Positions 1 through 15,283 are shown, counted from the first letter of the stretch. The stretch is 64,000 nt of DNA from the human T2T-CHM13v2.0 reference genome, Homo sapiens (GCA_009914755.4 CP068257.2:27648001-27712000), one strand, 5' to 3'. Translations and numbers: made by a program. The notes: generated by a model not told the origin, from the sequence alone.

Positions 1-43
1 TTCAAGGTGAGATTTGGGTGGGGACATAGCCAAATCACATCAA
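1..43 (-). repeat. Truncated end of a THE1-like (ERVL-MaLR) LTR
   Basis: gagatttgggtggggacatagccaaatcacatca is the reverse complement of the THE1 5' terminus TGATATGGTTTGGCTGTGTCCCCACCCAAATCTCA. The same motif recurs at 1760-1792 and 40118-40146. Confidence 0.5.
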
Positions 44-592
44 GGTTTGTTGAGTTTCTTGGCTATATATGTTTATGGTTTTCATCACATTTGGAAAAAT
101 TCTTCAGCCATTATGTCTTTAAATGTTTTTTTATGTTCTCTCCCATCCTTGGGAACTCCAATTACATGTATGTTAGGCTGCCCAAGATTGTCTCACAGTT
201 AAGTGATGCTCTGTTCATTTTTTTTTTTCAGTTTATTCCGTTTCATTTTGGAGAGTTTCTATTGCTGTGTCTTCACATTAGTCCTTTCTTTTGTGGTACA
301 GTCACAACTTCTCAGCAATAAAATGAATGAACTATTGATACACACAATAATGTGGGCAAATCCATACTTTTGTATCCATACAGTGTCTAATGTGCTGTTA
401 ATCTCATACAACAGATGGAATTTTTATTTAAGACATTGTACTTTTTATTTCTAGGAGTTGGATTTGGGTCATTTTAATATATCCAAATCTCTATTAAAAA
501 TGTTTCATCTTTCTCCTGCCTTCTTGTACATATGGAATATAGTTACAATGGAAATAGAGTTACAATATAGTTTTAATGTCCTTGTCTACTAA

Positions 593-673
593 TTCTATCA
601 GTTGTAGATCCATCATTTCTGGATCAAATTCTATCAGTTGTAGATCCATCATTTCTGGATCAATTTCTATTGA
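593..673. repeat. Tandem duplication, ~35-bp unit x2.3 (ttctatcagttgtagatccatcatttctggatcaa)
   Basis: Near-identical direct copies at 593-627 and 628-662, plus a partial third copy. Confidence 0.8.
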
Positions 674-1419
674 TTAACTTTTTCTTTCATTATGTTTTGT
701 CATATTTTTCTGCTTCTTTGTGTACCTGGTAATATTTGATTGGATGTTGTTCATTGTAAATTTTATCTTGTTGGGGTTATTGATATTTTTGTATTCCTGT
801 AAATATCTGAGTTTTATTGGGATGCAGTTACGAAAATAGTCTGAGCCTTTCAAACTTTTAAGCTTTGTGATTTGGGAGGAGAGCAGCCTTTAGTTTACGG
901 CTAATTTTGCCCCATTACTCAAACAATACTCTTCTGAGTACTCTCTATCCAATGCTTCATGAATGAAGTTTTCCACTCCTGCTGGGAGACACCTGAACTA
1001 TTCCCTGTCTTGTGTGAGCTCCAGTATTTGCTTTCTTTGTTCCTTTCATATGGTTCTTTGCCTATCCGTCAACCTTTGCCTCACAGGCATGCAGTGAACA
1101 TTATTAAGCTGGAGACATGAGGGGGACTCTCTGCAGATCACTGGAGTTCTCTATGAAGCTCCCTTTCTTCAGCATTCTTCTCTGCAAATTCCAGCTGCCT
1201 TGGTTTTTCCAGATGACCAGCTCCAGCTTCTTAACTCTGATTGACCACCAGGCTCCCCACTTGGGTTTCCTCTCTTCAGGCAGTAATCTGGGGCACCCAT
1301 AGGACTCATTTTATTTGTTTCCCACTCTCAGGGAACACTGTCCTGTGTTGCTAGAATCCAATAGAAAAACCATTGTTTCATTTTTTTTTTTCTGATTTTT
1401 TAGTTTCTGGTGGGAGGGT

Positions 1420-1792
1420 GTATTAGTTCTTGCATTGCTATAAAGAAATATATAAAACTGGGTAATTTATAAAGAAAAGTTTAATTAGCTCACAGTTCCA
1501 CAGGCTGTACAGGAAGCATAGCTGGGGAGGCCTCAGGAAACTTACAGTCATGGTGGAAGTTGAAGGGGAAGCAGGCATGTCTTCATATGTTCAGAGCAGG
1601 AGGAAGGGAAAGAAGGGGGAGGTGCTACACACTTCTTAACAACCAGATCTCATGAGAACTCACGATTACAAGAATAGCAAGGGAGAAAGCCACCTCCATG
1701 ATCCAATCACCTCCCATCAGGCCCCTCTCCCAACACTGGGGATTATAATTTGACATGAGATTTGGGCAGAGATGCAGATCCAAACCATATCA
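1420..1792 (-). mobile_element. THE1-like MaLR LTR (solo LTR), minus orientation
   Basis: Starts gtgtattagttcttgcattgctataaagaaatatataaaactgGGTAATTTATAAAG. Continues ..ggctcacagttccacaggctg..cctcaggaaacttacagtcatggtggaag.. and ends ..gatttgggcagagatgcagatccaaaccatatca. This is collinear with my recollection of the THE1B consensus in reverse complement. Confidence 0.7.
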
Positions 1793-4000
1793 GAGGGTAA
1801 ACCTTGTTTCTGTTACCCTATCTTGGTCATAAGCAGAAATCCAGATGCATTCTGCAAACATATTTTTTCTTTGTTTTCTCCCATTGGCACTTAGTCTCAT
1901 AAATCTGACAGATTTCTATTTATGAAGAAGTAGTAAATGGGCCACACCTGTGTGACTTTCTTCCTCAGGGAATCAAAGGAAGTCATTCCTTACGTTTCAA
2001 TTCAATTCAATTCCTATCATTGAATTCTATCTGTGTGACTGAAACTAATTCTTGAAAAAATGTTTCGTTCCAGTCCTCCTCTTTCTTTTTTAATGCCTTT
2101 CAGCTGTTCCCAATACTATCTGATGGAAACACTGAAGTTACACTGATGGCTGTTCAGCATCAGTGGCCAAGAGCACAGATATTGGCATCAATCAGAGCTG
2201 GATCTGCATCTTGGCACAACTACTGCATAATCACAGCATTCCTTGAGCTCTTGCTACCTGGCCAGGCAAGGTGTGATGGGCTTTTATATGAACGATTTCA
2301 ATGAGTATTCACAACAATCCTACCTAATAGCATAGTTGGCGTTATTATTATGAGTTATCACATGGAGGTCTGCAACAGCAGTCAGTGTGTCTGAGTTGAA
2401 TCCTGGCATTACCCCTTACTATCTTTGCATTATTGAGGAAGTCCTTTAACCTCTTCAAGCTTTGGATTCTTCATTTGTAAAGTGGTAATAACATCTTCCT
2501 CAATGTGCTGTGAAGACTCTAAAAGAAAAAATATATAAAGTGCTTAGCACAGTGATTGGTGCACATGAGTGCTCAATAAAAGGTGACTAGATGCATTATT
2601 TTTCTGTGAAACATTGAGAATAAAAGGGATGTTGCCTTGTAGCTTTCAAACAAAGACTTTTTGGAAACTTGATAAAGAGGCCATGAGAATGCACCTCCCA
2701 GACCTTCTACCACAGGGCATAGTAGAAGGCCATTTGTAATTGGCCTATGGCACCAGCTACTAAGTTTTGAAATGCATGGGTACCTTTGCTTGAGGCTTGA
2801 GGCTATACTTCCCATGGGCTGCTCCTTGCCAGTGATGCAGTGTAGTGGGGATACAAAGGCAGACTCATTCATAGAGCCATGGGACTCCTACCAGTGTCCA
2901 CTTAGGCTCAAGGACTTTCTGCTAACTTTGTTGAACCTTCGTTAGACTGCACTGTATTTCTACGATGCTTCCATGCAATCTTCTCTCCTCTCTTCTTTGC
3001 TTGAGATTAGGCTTGCAATGGAGTCTTATTGCTCTACCTGCTGTTTCCTTTCACACAGGCATTCCTTCTAATCAATTCCTTGCATGTTTAATCCTGTTCC
3101 AGGTGTTGGCTTGTTAGAGGATCTGAACTAACACACTTGCGTTCTTGTTCAGTGTACCCTGGCAATCATGCTGATTGGAACTTGCAAAGGGTTTTTCCTG
3201 GCCCCTATCTCAGGAAAATGATGTTCACCACTATTTTCCTTAGAAGTCTCTCTTCATTCCTCCAATGGTTCCTTGACCTCATTCATTTGATTTCCCACCA
3301 TATTTTAACAGTGAGAGTCACCTCCCATCACCCTTCTTTGATTTTCCTTCCAGCCACCTATATTTAGTAATTCATTCTTCATCTGCTCCTTTTTTTCTCT
3401 CTCTTCCTTGCAACTTTGAATTGTAGGATGTTTAGTGAGACATCCTATATCCTTCATATATCTTTGCACTTCCTCAACTTTTAATTGCAGTCAACTTTGC
3501 AAATTTGCATAGAGATTTTCTTTATATAATTAAGTTACATATAATGGAATTTTTACCGTTTTTGTGATTCTTTCTTATAACTCTATGTTCTACATAACCC
3601 TGCATTTAAATACTCATTCAGTTTAGTATTGGACAAATTACTTCTCTGATTCTCAAACTCCTCGCTGTGAAACAGGGATGAGCATACATGCCCCTTCTGG
3701 TTGTTGTGAAGATTAAATGAACACACATCAATGGAACCTAGCTCTGTGCCCAATGTTTGGCAAAAGTTAGTTCATTCTCCTACCTAGGTAACTCAAAATC
3801 TAAGACAGTTCTTGGTTGTATTAAGAAGAAATAAAATACTGCTTAAACTGAAAACATTCAAAGATAGAAAGCAGGCTCATAGAAGTTAGCACAGCTAAGG
3901 GCAAGATTTGAATTCAGATTTCCTGATCCCAGAGTGTGCCTTAATTACTAATCATTTATTATAAAAGAAGACAAAAAGTACTTCACTTCTATCTTGTCAG

Positions 4001-4340
4001 TGTGTTAGTCTGTTTGGGCTGCTATAACAAAATACTATAAACTGGGAGGCTTACAAAACAGAATTTTATTTTTCACAGTTCTGGAGGCTGGGAAGTCTGA
4101 GATCCAGAAACGGGCAGATTCTGTGTCTAGAGAGGACCCACTTCCTGGTTCATGGATGGTGCCTTCTTGCCGTGTTCTCACATAGTAGAAGAAGCTAGTC
4201 AGCTCTCTGGGGTCTCTTTTATAAGTATACTAAGTGCATTAATCACTTCCTAAAAGTGCCATTTTCTAAAACCATCACCTTGGGGTTAGGATTTTCACAT
4301 ATGGATCTTGAGGGAACACAAACATTCAGATCATAGCAGG
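4001..4340 (+). mobile_element. MLT1-like (MaLR) LTR-type interspersed repeat
   Basis: Diagnostic strings ctataacaaaatactataaactgggaggctt..ttcacagttctggaggctgggaagtc..cttcctggttcatggatggtgccttcttgc..ggggtctcttttataag..gggttaggattttcacatatggatcttgagggaacacaaacattcag. Family assignment is from memory only. Confidence 0.5.
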
Positions 4341-4906
4341 TGGGTTCCCCAGAAGCAGACCCTGAGACAAGGATTCATGTGCAAGTGATTTGTTATTTAT
4401 TATTTTCCTCCCAAGGGAAATCAGTAAGGAAATGAAGGAAGAATAGGGAAGGAGAGGAAGCCAAACAAGGTGCAATATTGGACAAAAGTCCTGCGGAAGA
4501 TAGGTGTGGCCTGATCCCATAGGGGAACTTAGAGAATAACGTGAGGCAGAGGAGCTTGGCTTTCATACTCCTCTGCCCAGCAGCTAAGCACCATCCAGAG
4601 AGAGGTAAAGTTGCAGGCATTTCTGAATCAACATGTGCAGGGGATGGGGGTGGGAAGCAGCTTCACTGACTGAGGGAAGTCTTCTAAAGAAGGGCTGGCC
4701 ATCGGGAGCAAGAGCAGAGAGGTGCACAAAAATGGTAAAAGGGGTCTGAAGGGTCTCGGTGGATCACCAACACTGTGTACTTCAACTCCAGCCTGCTCCC
4801 TGGGAGGCTGTTTTCACAGTTTTGTTTTCACTTAGAAGATGCTTATTTCAAAGAGCGTGCACGCAGCTGCATCTTCAACCTTTTTCCATTGACTGGATTT
4901 TTAAAT

Positions 4907-4941
4907 ACACACACACACACTCACACACACACACACACACC
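4907..4941. repeat. (CA)n microsatellite, interrupted
   Basis: acacacacacacactcacacacacacacacacac. Confidence 0.9.
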
Positions 4942-7604
4942 CCTCTATTCCAAAGGCCATCATCAAACCGGTTTATAACTGAAATTTAAATTAGGGTAAT
5001 ATCTCTTGGATAGTTTCACATTAAGGAATGATTAGTATTCCTCTTGCATAACTTCAAAGCTAAAAAATCCTCAGTGCCACCATTTTCATATTTCTTGATG
5101 CTATCTAGTCCCTTCTCAGAATCAGCAAATTAGGCTTGGGCAGGACCTGATCTCTGCTTCACCCTTGCTTTTATCTAAAATATTCTTGGCTTCTATAATA
5201 ATGAAGCTAATACTTATACAATTATGCCTATGTGCTGGTCTAAATGCTCTTTGTATGTTAACTCATTTAATATTTGCAACAACTCTGTTGTAATAAGTAC
5301 CAGCATAATCCCTGTTTATGGGTGAAGAAACAGGCACAAATGGGTAAGTAGTAGAAGTGGGTTTCAAACACTCTGGCTCTAACTAAAGTCCATGTTTGTA
5401 ATCATTATGCTGAAATGCCTCTCCACGAGGGATGAAAGTCCCTCCAAAAGCAGCCTACATTGATTTCTGTTCCATCTACTTTCTCATCAATGACTTCCTG
5501 TTAGCCTGAATTGAACTAATAAGTACTCAAGACTAGTAAATACTTAGTTCCTGAACTTGGTGATTCAGATAGCAGGAAGCCCAATGTAGCTTCCTTCCAG
5601 TTTCTATTCTAGGCCATCCGTGGCTTGCTTCATATTCTCTCCCAGCAGGACTCCACAGAGGCCAGGATTTTGACACTTTTGACTATTATAAATAAAACTG
5701 ATCAAAATACCTCCTACAAATCATATGACATAATAGGGAATTAATAGACCTTTTATTAAATGATTACAAATCATACTTAAAAAGGATATAACTGCACACT
5801 GTATGATATAAAGCTTTAAAACATGCACATAAATTGATATAAGAAGGCACTTATGAAGTCCATACAGTCAAATTTATTTACCTGTATTTATTTACAGGAT
5901 CTTCAGGGAATGTTTCAGGTGGAGGAAGGGGCTCTTGGTCAATGAGCCTGAAGACTGCATGGCAACCTTTGCCAGCTTTTGGCCTGAAAACTCAACTTCT
6001 TCATTTGAGATAATTCCTGTTTTATATACTTTCATTTGAGATATTCCTGGTGTATCAACTGAAACAAAATCTATGAAATATCAGATTCACAAAAATACAT
6101 TTTGAATATTGAACGTGGATAGATGTATTTAAATCTTTCCTATTTTTTGCACTTTCATAATATATATCATTCTTTATTTTTCTACTAATAATGATGAATC
6201 TACAGTATCTCAGGGCCTTATTTTCAATATCTTAACTGGATTTTTAATAAAAGTCTTACTGAATAGGTAACACTTGTTTCCAAAAACTATGCTCACCTGT
6301 CAATGATTCAGAATTCGTCTCTGTCATCCCTCTGCTACTTAGCATTCAGTGCCCTCTACTGCCCTCCCCGACTCCACCAAAATTCTCTCAGGCCCCAACA
6401 GTGGCATGGATTCTGCTCTCGATGCTTTCTTCCACTTTCCTGTCAAAATGCATTTAAATCCCATTCGCCATGAGTATTTTTATGAGCTGCTTCTCACTAG
6501 AGTGATTACGACTGTCCTTAAATGTGGCTTAATGTTTGCCCTCTGAAAGAATTTGAATTTTAACAGAGAACTTCTGAATACGCAAAACCTTCACCCCAAA
6601 TAATCAATCTTTAAGGGATTTCGGGCGCCAACTAGAAAAGTAATAAGGGCACAGACTGATCTGTTTGTATCTGCTAATAGAAACACGGATTTTTGTCTAT
6701 TAAAAAGTGATAGAAATGTCTATGATTAATGTTTTCTTTCCTATGCCACATCATGCGGTGCTTGCACATGGTTTTATGCTTGACTTCCCATTGCTAAGGA
6801 TAAAGAATCAAATTATATTAGAGCTTGTTTTTGGAAACCCAAGGGGTACATGTAGTTAATTAGAGATATGCCCTCTGTTTATTTTCCCTGTTTTTCCTAA
6901 GGGATGTAAAAAACATTTTCAATAGTATTCCTTCTGGAAATCTTATTTAGCCAGTGGGTAATTTTCCAGTGTTCTAACCAATTTAAATGGATGCTTTTAG
7001 AACTGTAAGCTTAATATTCATTCTAGAGCCTCTTTTTACTTAGGTAAAATTCTCAAATTGCTAGTATAAAAAGATATTTCCTTTTATTAAATGGGATTCA
7101 ACATCTCATTCCTGTAGCTTCAGTTCAGAGACATGGATTTAAAATACATTTAGTTTATTTTGACCATGTTAAGTGGATCTGCTTTTTTAAATTTATGCAA
7201 TTATGACAGATGTTTTATTGATTATTCTTTCATAAAATGCACAATAAGAGGCCGAGTATCAGAATAATTCCATATAATTTCACATGCTCCCCCAATGTTT
7301 TTGCATAGCTTAAATCCATAAAATTGTTTTGAAGGATTTTAATTTCTTTTTTGTTTGGCAGCTGTCCCATGTTTCGAAAAAGCCATTTCCTGGAACTTTG
7401 TCAGAGTATTTTTACTGGCTTATCTATATCTGTGTTCTGTTATGTGTGACCTCATTATATCCAAGGGGAGGTAGCAATACTGAAGTCAATAATATTCTTC
7501 ATAATTTCATAATAACATACATCTTTTGTTCTTTTATTACTGTCGGCACTATTATACTGTCATTCAGTGCTATTCATTTGCCAGCCTCCAGGATCATTGG
7601 TGTA

Positions 7605-7967
7605 GGTTGAGCGTCTTGGTCAATTTGTGCTGCTTTAACAGAATACCACAGTGGCTTGTACAACAAGCACTTATTTCTTACAGTTCCGGAGGCTGGAAGT
7701 CCAAGATCACGGTTCAGCTTGGTCAGGTTCTGCTGAAGGCCCTCTTTTGGGTTGCAGATGTCACCTTCTTGCTGTGTTTTCACATGGTGGGATGAGGGAG
7801 GGAGCTTTTTGGGGTTCTTTTATAAGGGCACTAATTACATTTATGAGGTTTCCATCCTCAAGAACTAATCACCTTCCAAAGGCCTGACCCCCTAATAACA
7901 TTACAATGGGGGTTAGGATTTCAACATAAGAACTTTGGTGAGACATAAACATTCAGTTTATTGCACT
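7605..7967 (+). mobile_element. MLT1-like (MaLR) LTR-type interspersed repeat, second copy
   Basis: Same family as 4001-4340: ..gctgctttaacagaataccacag..acagttccggaggctggaagtccaagatcacgg..cttcttgctgtgttttcacatggtgg..ggggttcttttataagggcactaat..gggggttaggatttcaacataagaactttggtgagacataaacattcag. Confidence 0.5.
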
Positions 7968-9686
7968 GAATATTTTCATAACAATCCACTTACTCCCATA
8001 CAACAGAGGATGCATGACTTCAGGGTTCTTAGCATGTATGTTTATACAGAATGACAAGAGGAACTTGAGATTAAGGGGTATCAGTTAAGACTGCATTTGG
8101 CTTTATGTCACAGAAACTCAACTCTAGAAGCTTAACTGAATAGGGTTTTCTTTCTCTGCTTTTAAAAGAAGAGTAAACTCAGTAACCAGGGCTAATCAGC
8201 TGCTCAAGAAAAGTCATCAAGCACCTGAGCTTCTTCCTAGCTTCCTGCTCTGCTATGCTTAGCCTGTAGTTTTCATCCTCATGATTGAAAGAAAAGAGCT
8301 CCTCCTCCAGTCATTCAAGGAAGGTGGACAGAGGGCATAAGCGCAGCTGATTCAGCCTTTTGTTATCAGGAAAGTAAAAACTTTCCTGGAAATTGTATTG
8401 AGTCCATATTTGCTTATATGTGATTGAGAAGGACTAGGTCACATAGCTAATGCAATCTGGAAAGGCATGTTTTAAGTTGGTACATTGCACATTTAATCAG
8501 GATTATGTTAGAAAGAAAGGGATATTGGGTAGACAAAGCAGTGTCTGTCACAAAGGGATTAAGGGCAAGGTAAGTGTATGGAAAATAAAGCATCCCTGAT
8601 CTAAAGGTCAGTCCTGAAGCTACTATGATTAATAAAGAGGGTGTTTCCATGAAGTAGGAACCACCTGAACCAGGTCACTGCAGGATTGTCATCTCACCAT
8701 GATTTTGAACTTGCTGATGCAGAAAACTGAACTATAGACACATTGGTGGTGATAACAGCTTTAGGATGCACATTCACCTGAAGCTGCAGAGGCAGGGGGA
8801 ACACTGGAAAGATAATTTATTGATTTACAATGAGGATATAGCTAACAAGTGTTTCAAATATTGATGCTTATTAACCAACCCATCTCTTCCAGTAGGTAAA
8901 TGTACATGTAAAGGCAAATAATTATTGGAAAGAAATCAAAGAGAAATCCAGGTTGGAAGACCTCTATAGCTAATGTAGTAGAACCAAACCATGGTAGCCT
9001 GTGCTTCCATCCTTCTCCTGTCCTGCAGGTTAACAGGGCCCAGGAGTAAAATACTGAGTCCCAGGCAGGGCAAGGGATATGATGCTCCTATTTGTACCTC
9101 TAGCTTTCCCTTCACTGGCTTTAGGAGTTGATTTAGCTTCTCTTTACTACATCCACATTCTTTCCTTTGATGTGTTAATATAGTCACTCTCCTTACCCCC
9201 AAGTCTTGATCTGGTGAATCAGTCAGGGAACTGATAGAAAACAGATGGAACCATTTACAAGGATGAGGGCAGGGAACCCACCAAAGGGGTGATGCACCCT
9301 AGGGCTAACCAAAGTAGGGAGATACCACTACCCTTAGAGTGATGTTGCTTTGGCTTTAGCTGTAGGTGAAGGTGGCCTGGCAGGAGCTGGGGACTTTGGT
9401 AGAGGAATACAGCCATAGCCAACCCTTGGCCTGGCAGGTAGACAGCTGAGTTCCTGTAGACATCTGCCGTTATCCGTATCAACCAGAAGTGAGGGAGCAT
9501 GGGGAATCCATGAATACCATCCTAAAAGGCCTGCCTCCTAGGGTACAGAGAAGTGTGGAGGAGGCTGGAGAGGGAATCTGGAGCGATCAAGGCTGAAAAC
9601 CCAGCACCCCTAATCAATTGACTGTTCTATCTCTTCATGCTAATAACCATCTCTCTCCTCTGATCCAGTAGTTCTTATTCAAAGAT

Positions 9687-9798
9687 GAATCATTTTCCTC
9701 CCTTTCCAAAGTGCTCCCTATGTATGGCACCTCAGTCCAGGTGAATCATTTTCCTCCCTTTCCAAAGTGATCCCTATGTATGGCACCTCAGTCCAGGG
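9687..9798. repeat. Tandem duplication, 56-bp unit x2
   Basis: gaatcattttcctccctttccaaagtg(c/a)tccctatgtatggcacctcagtccagg occurs twice in direct succession (9687-9742 and 9743-9798), with 2 mismatches. Confidence 0.85.
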
Positions 9799-10879
9799 AA
9801 TAGGCTGTTATGATGACAACCTGTGTCTACGGTCTCTCCTCTAGGAGTTCAGTACTTCTTCTCATGGTGGCCACTCAGACCTCAGTTAGCTCATGATTGA
9901 ATTATCTGGCTTATCTTTTTACCCAGATGCCAGGAAGCTATAGACAAATCTGTAGCTCATCTTTATCAAAGATACATGTTTTGCAATATGTATGTTTTAG
10001 CTTCTTTCCTGATTCCATTTTTTGATTTCCACTTTGTTCCTTTATTCCTTTACACTTTCTTTTAATGTATACGCACATTTCTCATATTGGGGCATGAATA
10101 TCTTTAGGTCAGGGTTTCTCAGCCTTGGCTCTGTGGAAACTTGGGCGAGATAATTATTTGTTCTGAATGGCGAATAACGTATCCTTATTCACAAAGTATT
10201 TTATCCATGGGTACTGTCCTGTGCATTGTAGAATGTTTGGCAGCATCTCTGGCCTCTACCTCCTAGAGGCTAGAACCACCCACCCCATAACAATATCTCC
10301 TGCTGCAGGGGGTGGGGGGTGCAAAATTGGCCTCTATTGAGAACCTGAATGAGAACCTGATTGAGGACACTGAATGAAGTGTTATATGAAGAGGTGAAGT
10401 AAAAATATGAGTCAAAATATGGCACCTCTCTTGGTTGTGCCAGTTTTGCATTAAAAAATGGAGAATACATTTATTAAAACAAGTATGTTATAGAGTAGCC
10501 TTTACTACTTCCAGAACGTTTCAGAATAAAAGATCAGGAGCTGCAGGCTACAATCCTTGGTGTAAACACGAACAAATACATAGAACAAAGCTATCAGACT
10601 GGATTTTTCTGTCTTTTGCAGACGTGTGACTATGGTTGAAGGTGCTGTCTCTGATTCAGTACCAAGCATAAGCATCACTGACTCTGCAGGAAGGCACTGG
10701 CACCAAACATTTAGTAACTTTTCCGCAGGCTTGAGGGATTGGTTACATGAAGCTTTGGGCAGTCTTCTGTCACCTTTCTGGCTGGAACTCTACTTTCTTC
10801 TCCCCTCACTCCTCCCCAGTTGGGTGCAGAGCAGTCAGGCTACATCCAAGATTCTGAGGGTCTCACTTTCTATCCCCAG

Positions 10880-10936
10880 ACATTTATATGTATGTATATG
10901 TGTGTGTATACATATATTTGTGTGTGTGTATATATG
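10880..10936. repeat. Compound (TA)n/(TG)n simple repeat
   Basis: catttatatgtatgtatatgtgtgtgtatacatatatttgtgtgtgtgtatatatgg. Confidence 0.8.
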
Positions 10937-13676
10937 GTGATAAATGTATAAATATTATTATAAAACACTTAAACATTTATTATAAACTGTTATGTTAATA
11001 TAAAAAATATATGTATGTACATATACATATAATACATATAAAAACACCTTGCAGCATTAGCTTATGAGAGAAGAATTTCTCTACTTCATTAAATAAATAT
11101 ATGTAACAGAATGAGAGAAAATCTGTAGCACAATGAATTCTAATGGAGGACAATTTCAAGTGTCATTTTAGGTCTAGGAGCTTGACACAGGTTTAAAATG
11201 AAACAGCCTTTTTCAATATTTTCTGTTTTATTTACTGAACTTTCCTCTAAGTCATGATCATTGGGGTTGTGGTTCTTCTTACAAAGTTAACTCCATTTTC
11301 ATGCTCCATTTTAATCATCTGATATTTTATTTAATCTTGATTTTGGTTATCTATTGCTATATTAAAAAAACTGCAAAATTTCATGACTTTAAACAATAAT
11401 CATTTTACTATTTCATAATTCTATGTGTTGGCTGGGCTCAGCTGGTAAGTTCTTTTGTATAGACTTGACCAAAGAACATCCTAGATGGCTCATTCACATG
11501 ACTGGCACTTGATGCTCAGTACTGGCTGGTTGCTCTGCTGGGGCTCCTGAGTGAAGAGGCCACACATGCCCCATGCATGGTGGTTTGGTTCTGAGAGAGG
11601 GTGTCCCAAGAGAGCTCATTTGAAGAAAGAGGAAGTAGAGGCTAACAGTCTTCTAAAAGACTAGAACCAGAACTGGCAGAGCATCACTTCTGCAGTGTCT
11701 TCTTGGTGATGCAGTCACAGGGCCAGATTCAAGATGATGAAAAATAAACTCCCATTCTTGACGGGGAAAACGATAAAAATTTTGTGGCCATCTTTAGTCC
11801 ACTGCAACCTCCTACTGGTTTTCAGAAGCGCAATTTTTTTTGGATATTTGGGCCACTTTGGTTGTCATTAAATCTGGTATCTGAGCAGCACCTCTTTCAC
11901 TGATTTGGCCCCTGTCCCACTGAGTTCTTCTGCTTCAAAACTGGCTATTTCCTTTTCATTTTTCTGCCTTTATCTTAATTTTACACTTTGTAACATTTCA
12001 AACCAGAGGCTACACCTCATCTTTGATTTCAGTTATCAGGTAAACATGAGGGTGTGTTTACTCATCTGCTCCAGGAAGTTCTCATTGTCTTCTAATAAAA
12101 TATGTTCATTTTCCATAAAACTTTCCAACCTGGAGGCAGGGGTGCTATGACTTTAATCCATAGTCACATCTCAGGGTACAGGTGTCAAAGAGCAGTTGTT
12201 CAAGTGGGAGACTTGTGTTGATCTGGGTAATCCCCCACCTTTAAAGCCTAGTTGTTTTGCCCCACCCCCCCTCCAATATTTTCTTGACTTAGTGAGTGAA
12301 TACTTAAAGACAAAAGGAGCTAAGGCAATGAAGATGGAGGGAATGAAGTTCTGGGAAGGCTGGAGGGGTATGCAGATTTGTAGGGGTTACAGATGTCATG
12401 CTGCATCTGTGGAAATGAGGATTCAAAACCAAAGGTGGGTAGGGAATAAATGTGGATGTGTGGATCTTTCCTGAGGTTAGGGAGGAGGACAGGGGACAAG
12501 GGTTACACTGACTACACATCAAAGTTTTTTCAGGATATGTATTATGTCTTACTGTCCAAATATTATGCTATGGTGTTCCTTATAGCCATGAACATGTCAC
12601 CTATCTGTATGATTTAGCTCCCTCATTTTTGAGAGTCAGGCAAGACAACCTGCTATTAGAGGAGAAAATGATGGTGTTTGTATCTAGGTTTTATTAAAAA
12701 TCATTCCCTAACTATGGCTTATAGTTATTTAAATTGTTTTCAGAGTTAATGATAAGATTTTATTTTGGTAATAAAATCAGTATGATGGCCAGAAAGAAGA
12801 TATGAATGTTTGGAAAAATTGGAAATATCATTTTTGAAAGAAATGTGACAATGCACATATATAACATCTTGCGAATGGTATTGTATATCACCAAACCTGC
12901 TCACAGCAGGAAAACTAGCCATCACTTCTCACAGTCAATGAGAAGTATAAATCAAGGACATAGCAGTAAGCTGTGATACCCAAGCTTCACGGATAAATTC
13001 TCCTAAAGAATAATGCACTAAAAACAAAACTACATGACAAAAAAAAGCACTAATTGCAAATCACTGTGAAACAGTAGCACAAAATCTTTATATTGTGCTA
13101 CTAGTGACAGCAACAGAAGACAGTCAAACGCCTAGGCAGATAGAGGCAGGTCCCCGGTGAAACCCCACCTCCAAGCTGAAGACAGTTTAAAGCCTGAAAG
13201 CCAAACTACAAGTTAAATTTTCAGACTAGATTGAGAACTTGTCTTCCTGTTTGGCACGCTTTCCTCTGATCTCCACCCTTCACCTATTTTACGTATACTT
13301 ACCCTTTCTAATTGGTTTTCTACACTGTCGTGCCTGCCTTTGAGTGGTGTCTTTGCTTTAACCTTTTTTTGCAAACTCACAAACCAATCAGCATGCACTC
13401 CCCATTCTGAGTGCATAAAAGCCCCAGGCTCAGCCACATGAGAGGGGATTTTCCCACTTTCGGGTAGGGGAACTGCTCCCAGCATTCGCTCTTTGCTGAG
13501 AGCTTTCCTTTTGCTTAATCAATTCCACTCCACTCACTTTCCGGTGTCTGTGTGCCTAGTTTTTCCTGGTTGTGAGACAAGAACTTGGACCTAGCTGAGC
13601 TAAGGAGCAGAAAGACTGCCAAGACTAGGCTACTTGTCCCAGTTTCAAACTATTATCAATACTAATTGAAAGCAAT

Positions 13677-13978
<302 letters not shown>

Positions 13979-14666
13979 GCGATCAGAATTTTTTTTCTTG
14001 GTCCCCAAATCTCAACATTTTTTTTCCCAATAGGAATTAGGTAGAAGCACTATGTCTCATTATAACCTCAAGATAATTTTTAAAAATCTGTTTTAGTAAT
14101 AGATTTTAATAAACATATGAGTTAGTATAAAAGATCTTGAGGCTGATGTTCTTCAAAGTTGACCATGATGTAGCCACTTTTCTTGATTCCGAGTATTGCA
14201 GGATTACTCAAGGTTTTGTTGGCCTGGCAGCTAATAATGTTAATGCTAACTCTGGAAGTCCAGAAGACATAGGTCAGAACATACAGTTGTTTGTGAATAT
14301 TTACACTGACATACAGGTTTTAAAAGAAATACATTCTAAGTGGTTTTGGTTCAAAGCAAGAGAATACTGAAAACAAAAAGTGCCACATCTTTCACTGAGC
14401 ATTTTACTGCATTCATTCCTTCATTCAACCTACTATCTGTTTCCACTCCCATTCCTTCTCAATACTAGAATTAGCTTTTAAAAATAACCACATGACTTAG
14501 AAACCTCTACTCACTTATTGCAGACCACGGGATGAAGTCCAAACTCCAGGTGCTGTGCATGAGGCCCTTCTCATACTGACTCGGTTTCATTTCATTCTCC
14601 AGTTTCATTTTTCGTCCTGTCCCTACTACATGCCATAAGCTTGAAGACCACATGCTTCAGTATTAA

Positions 14667-15058
<392 letters not shown>

Positions 15059-15283
15059 GGAATCTGCATTTTAACAAGCAAACCAAATATTCTTCCCCAT
15101 AATGAAGCTTGAGAGTCACTCACTTGACTTGATACTCTTAGCACATCTGTATACCTTTGTGAGAACTTCTCAAATAATTAAACCTATCAGGGCATACATC
15201 ATAATTTTCAGGCTAGAAAATGTCACTGCTATTATCTAAAGAAGCAAGAGTTCCTCCCAAAGAGGAGGGTCTGATCTTCCCCT

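Noticed and set aside
593-673. Tandem direct repeats considered as CRISPR-like or regulatory arrays (also 9687-9798, 15284-15331)
   Set aside because: Only 2-3 contiguous copies with no unique spacers; these are simple local duplications, not CRISPR arrays (which are also not expected in a human genome).
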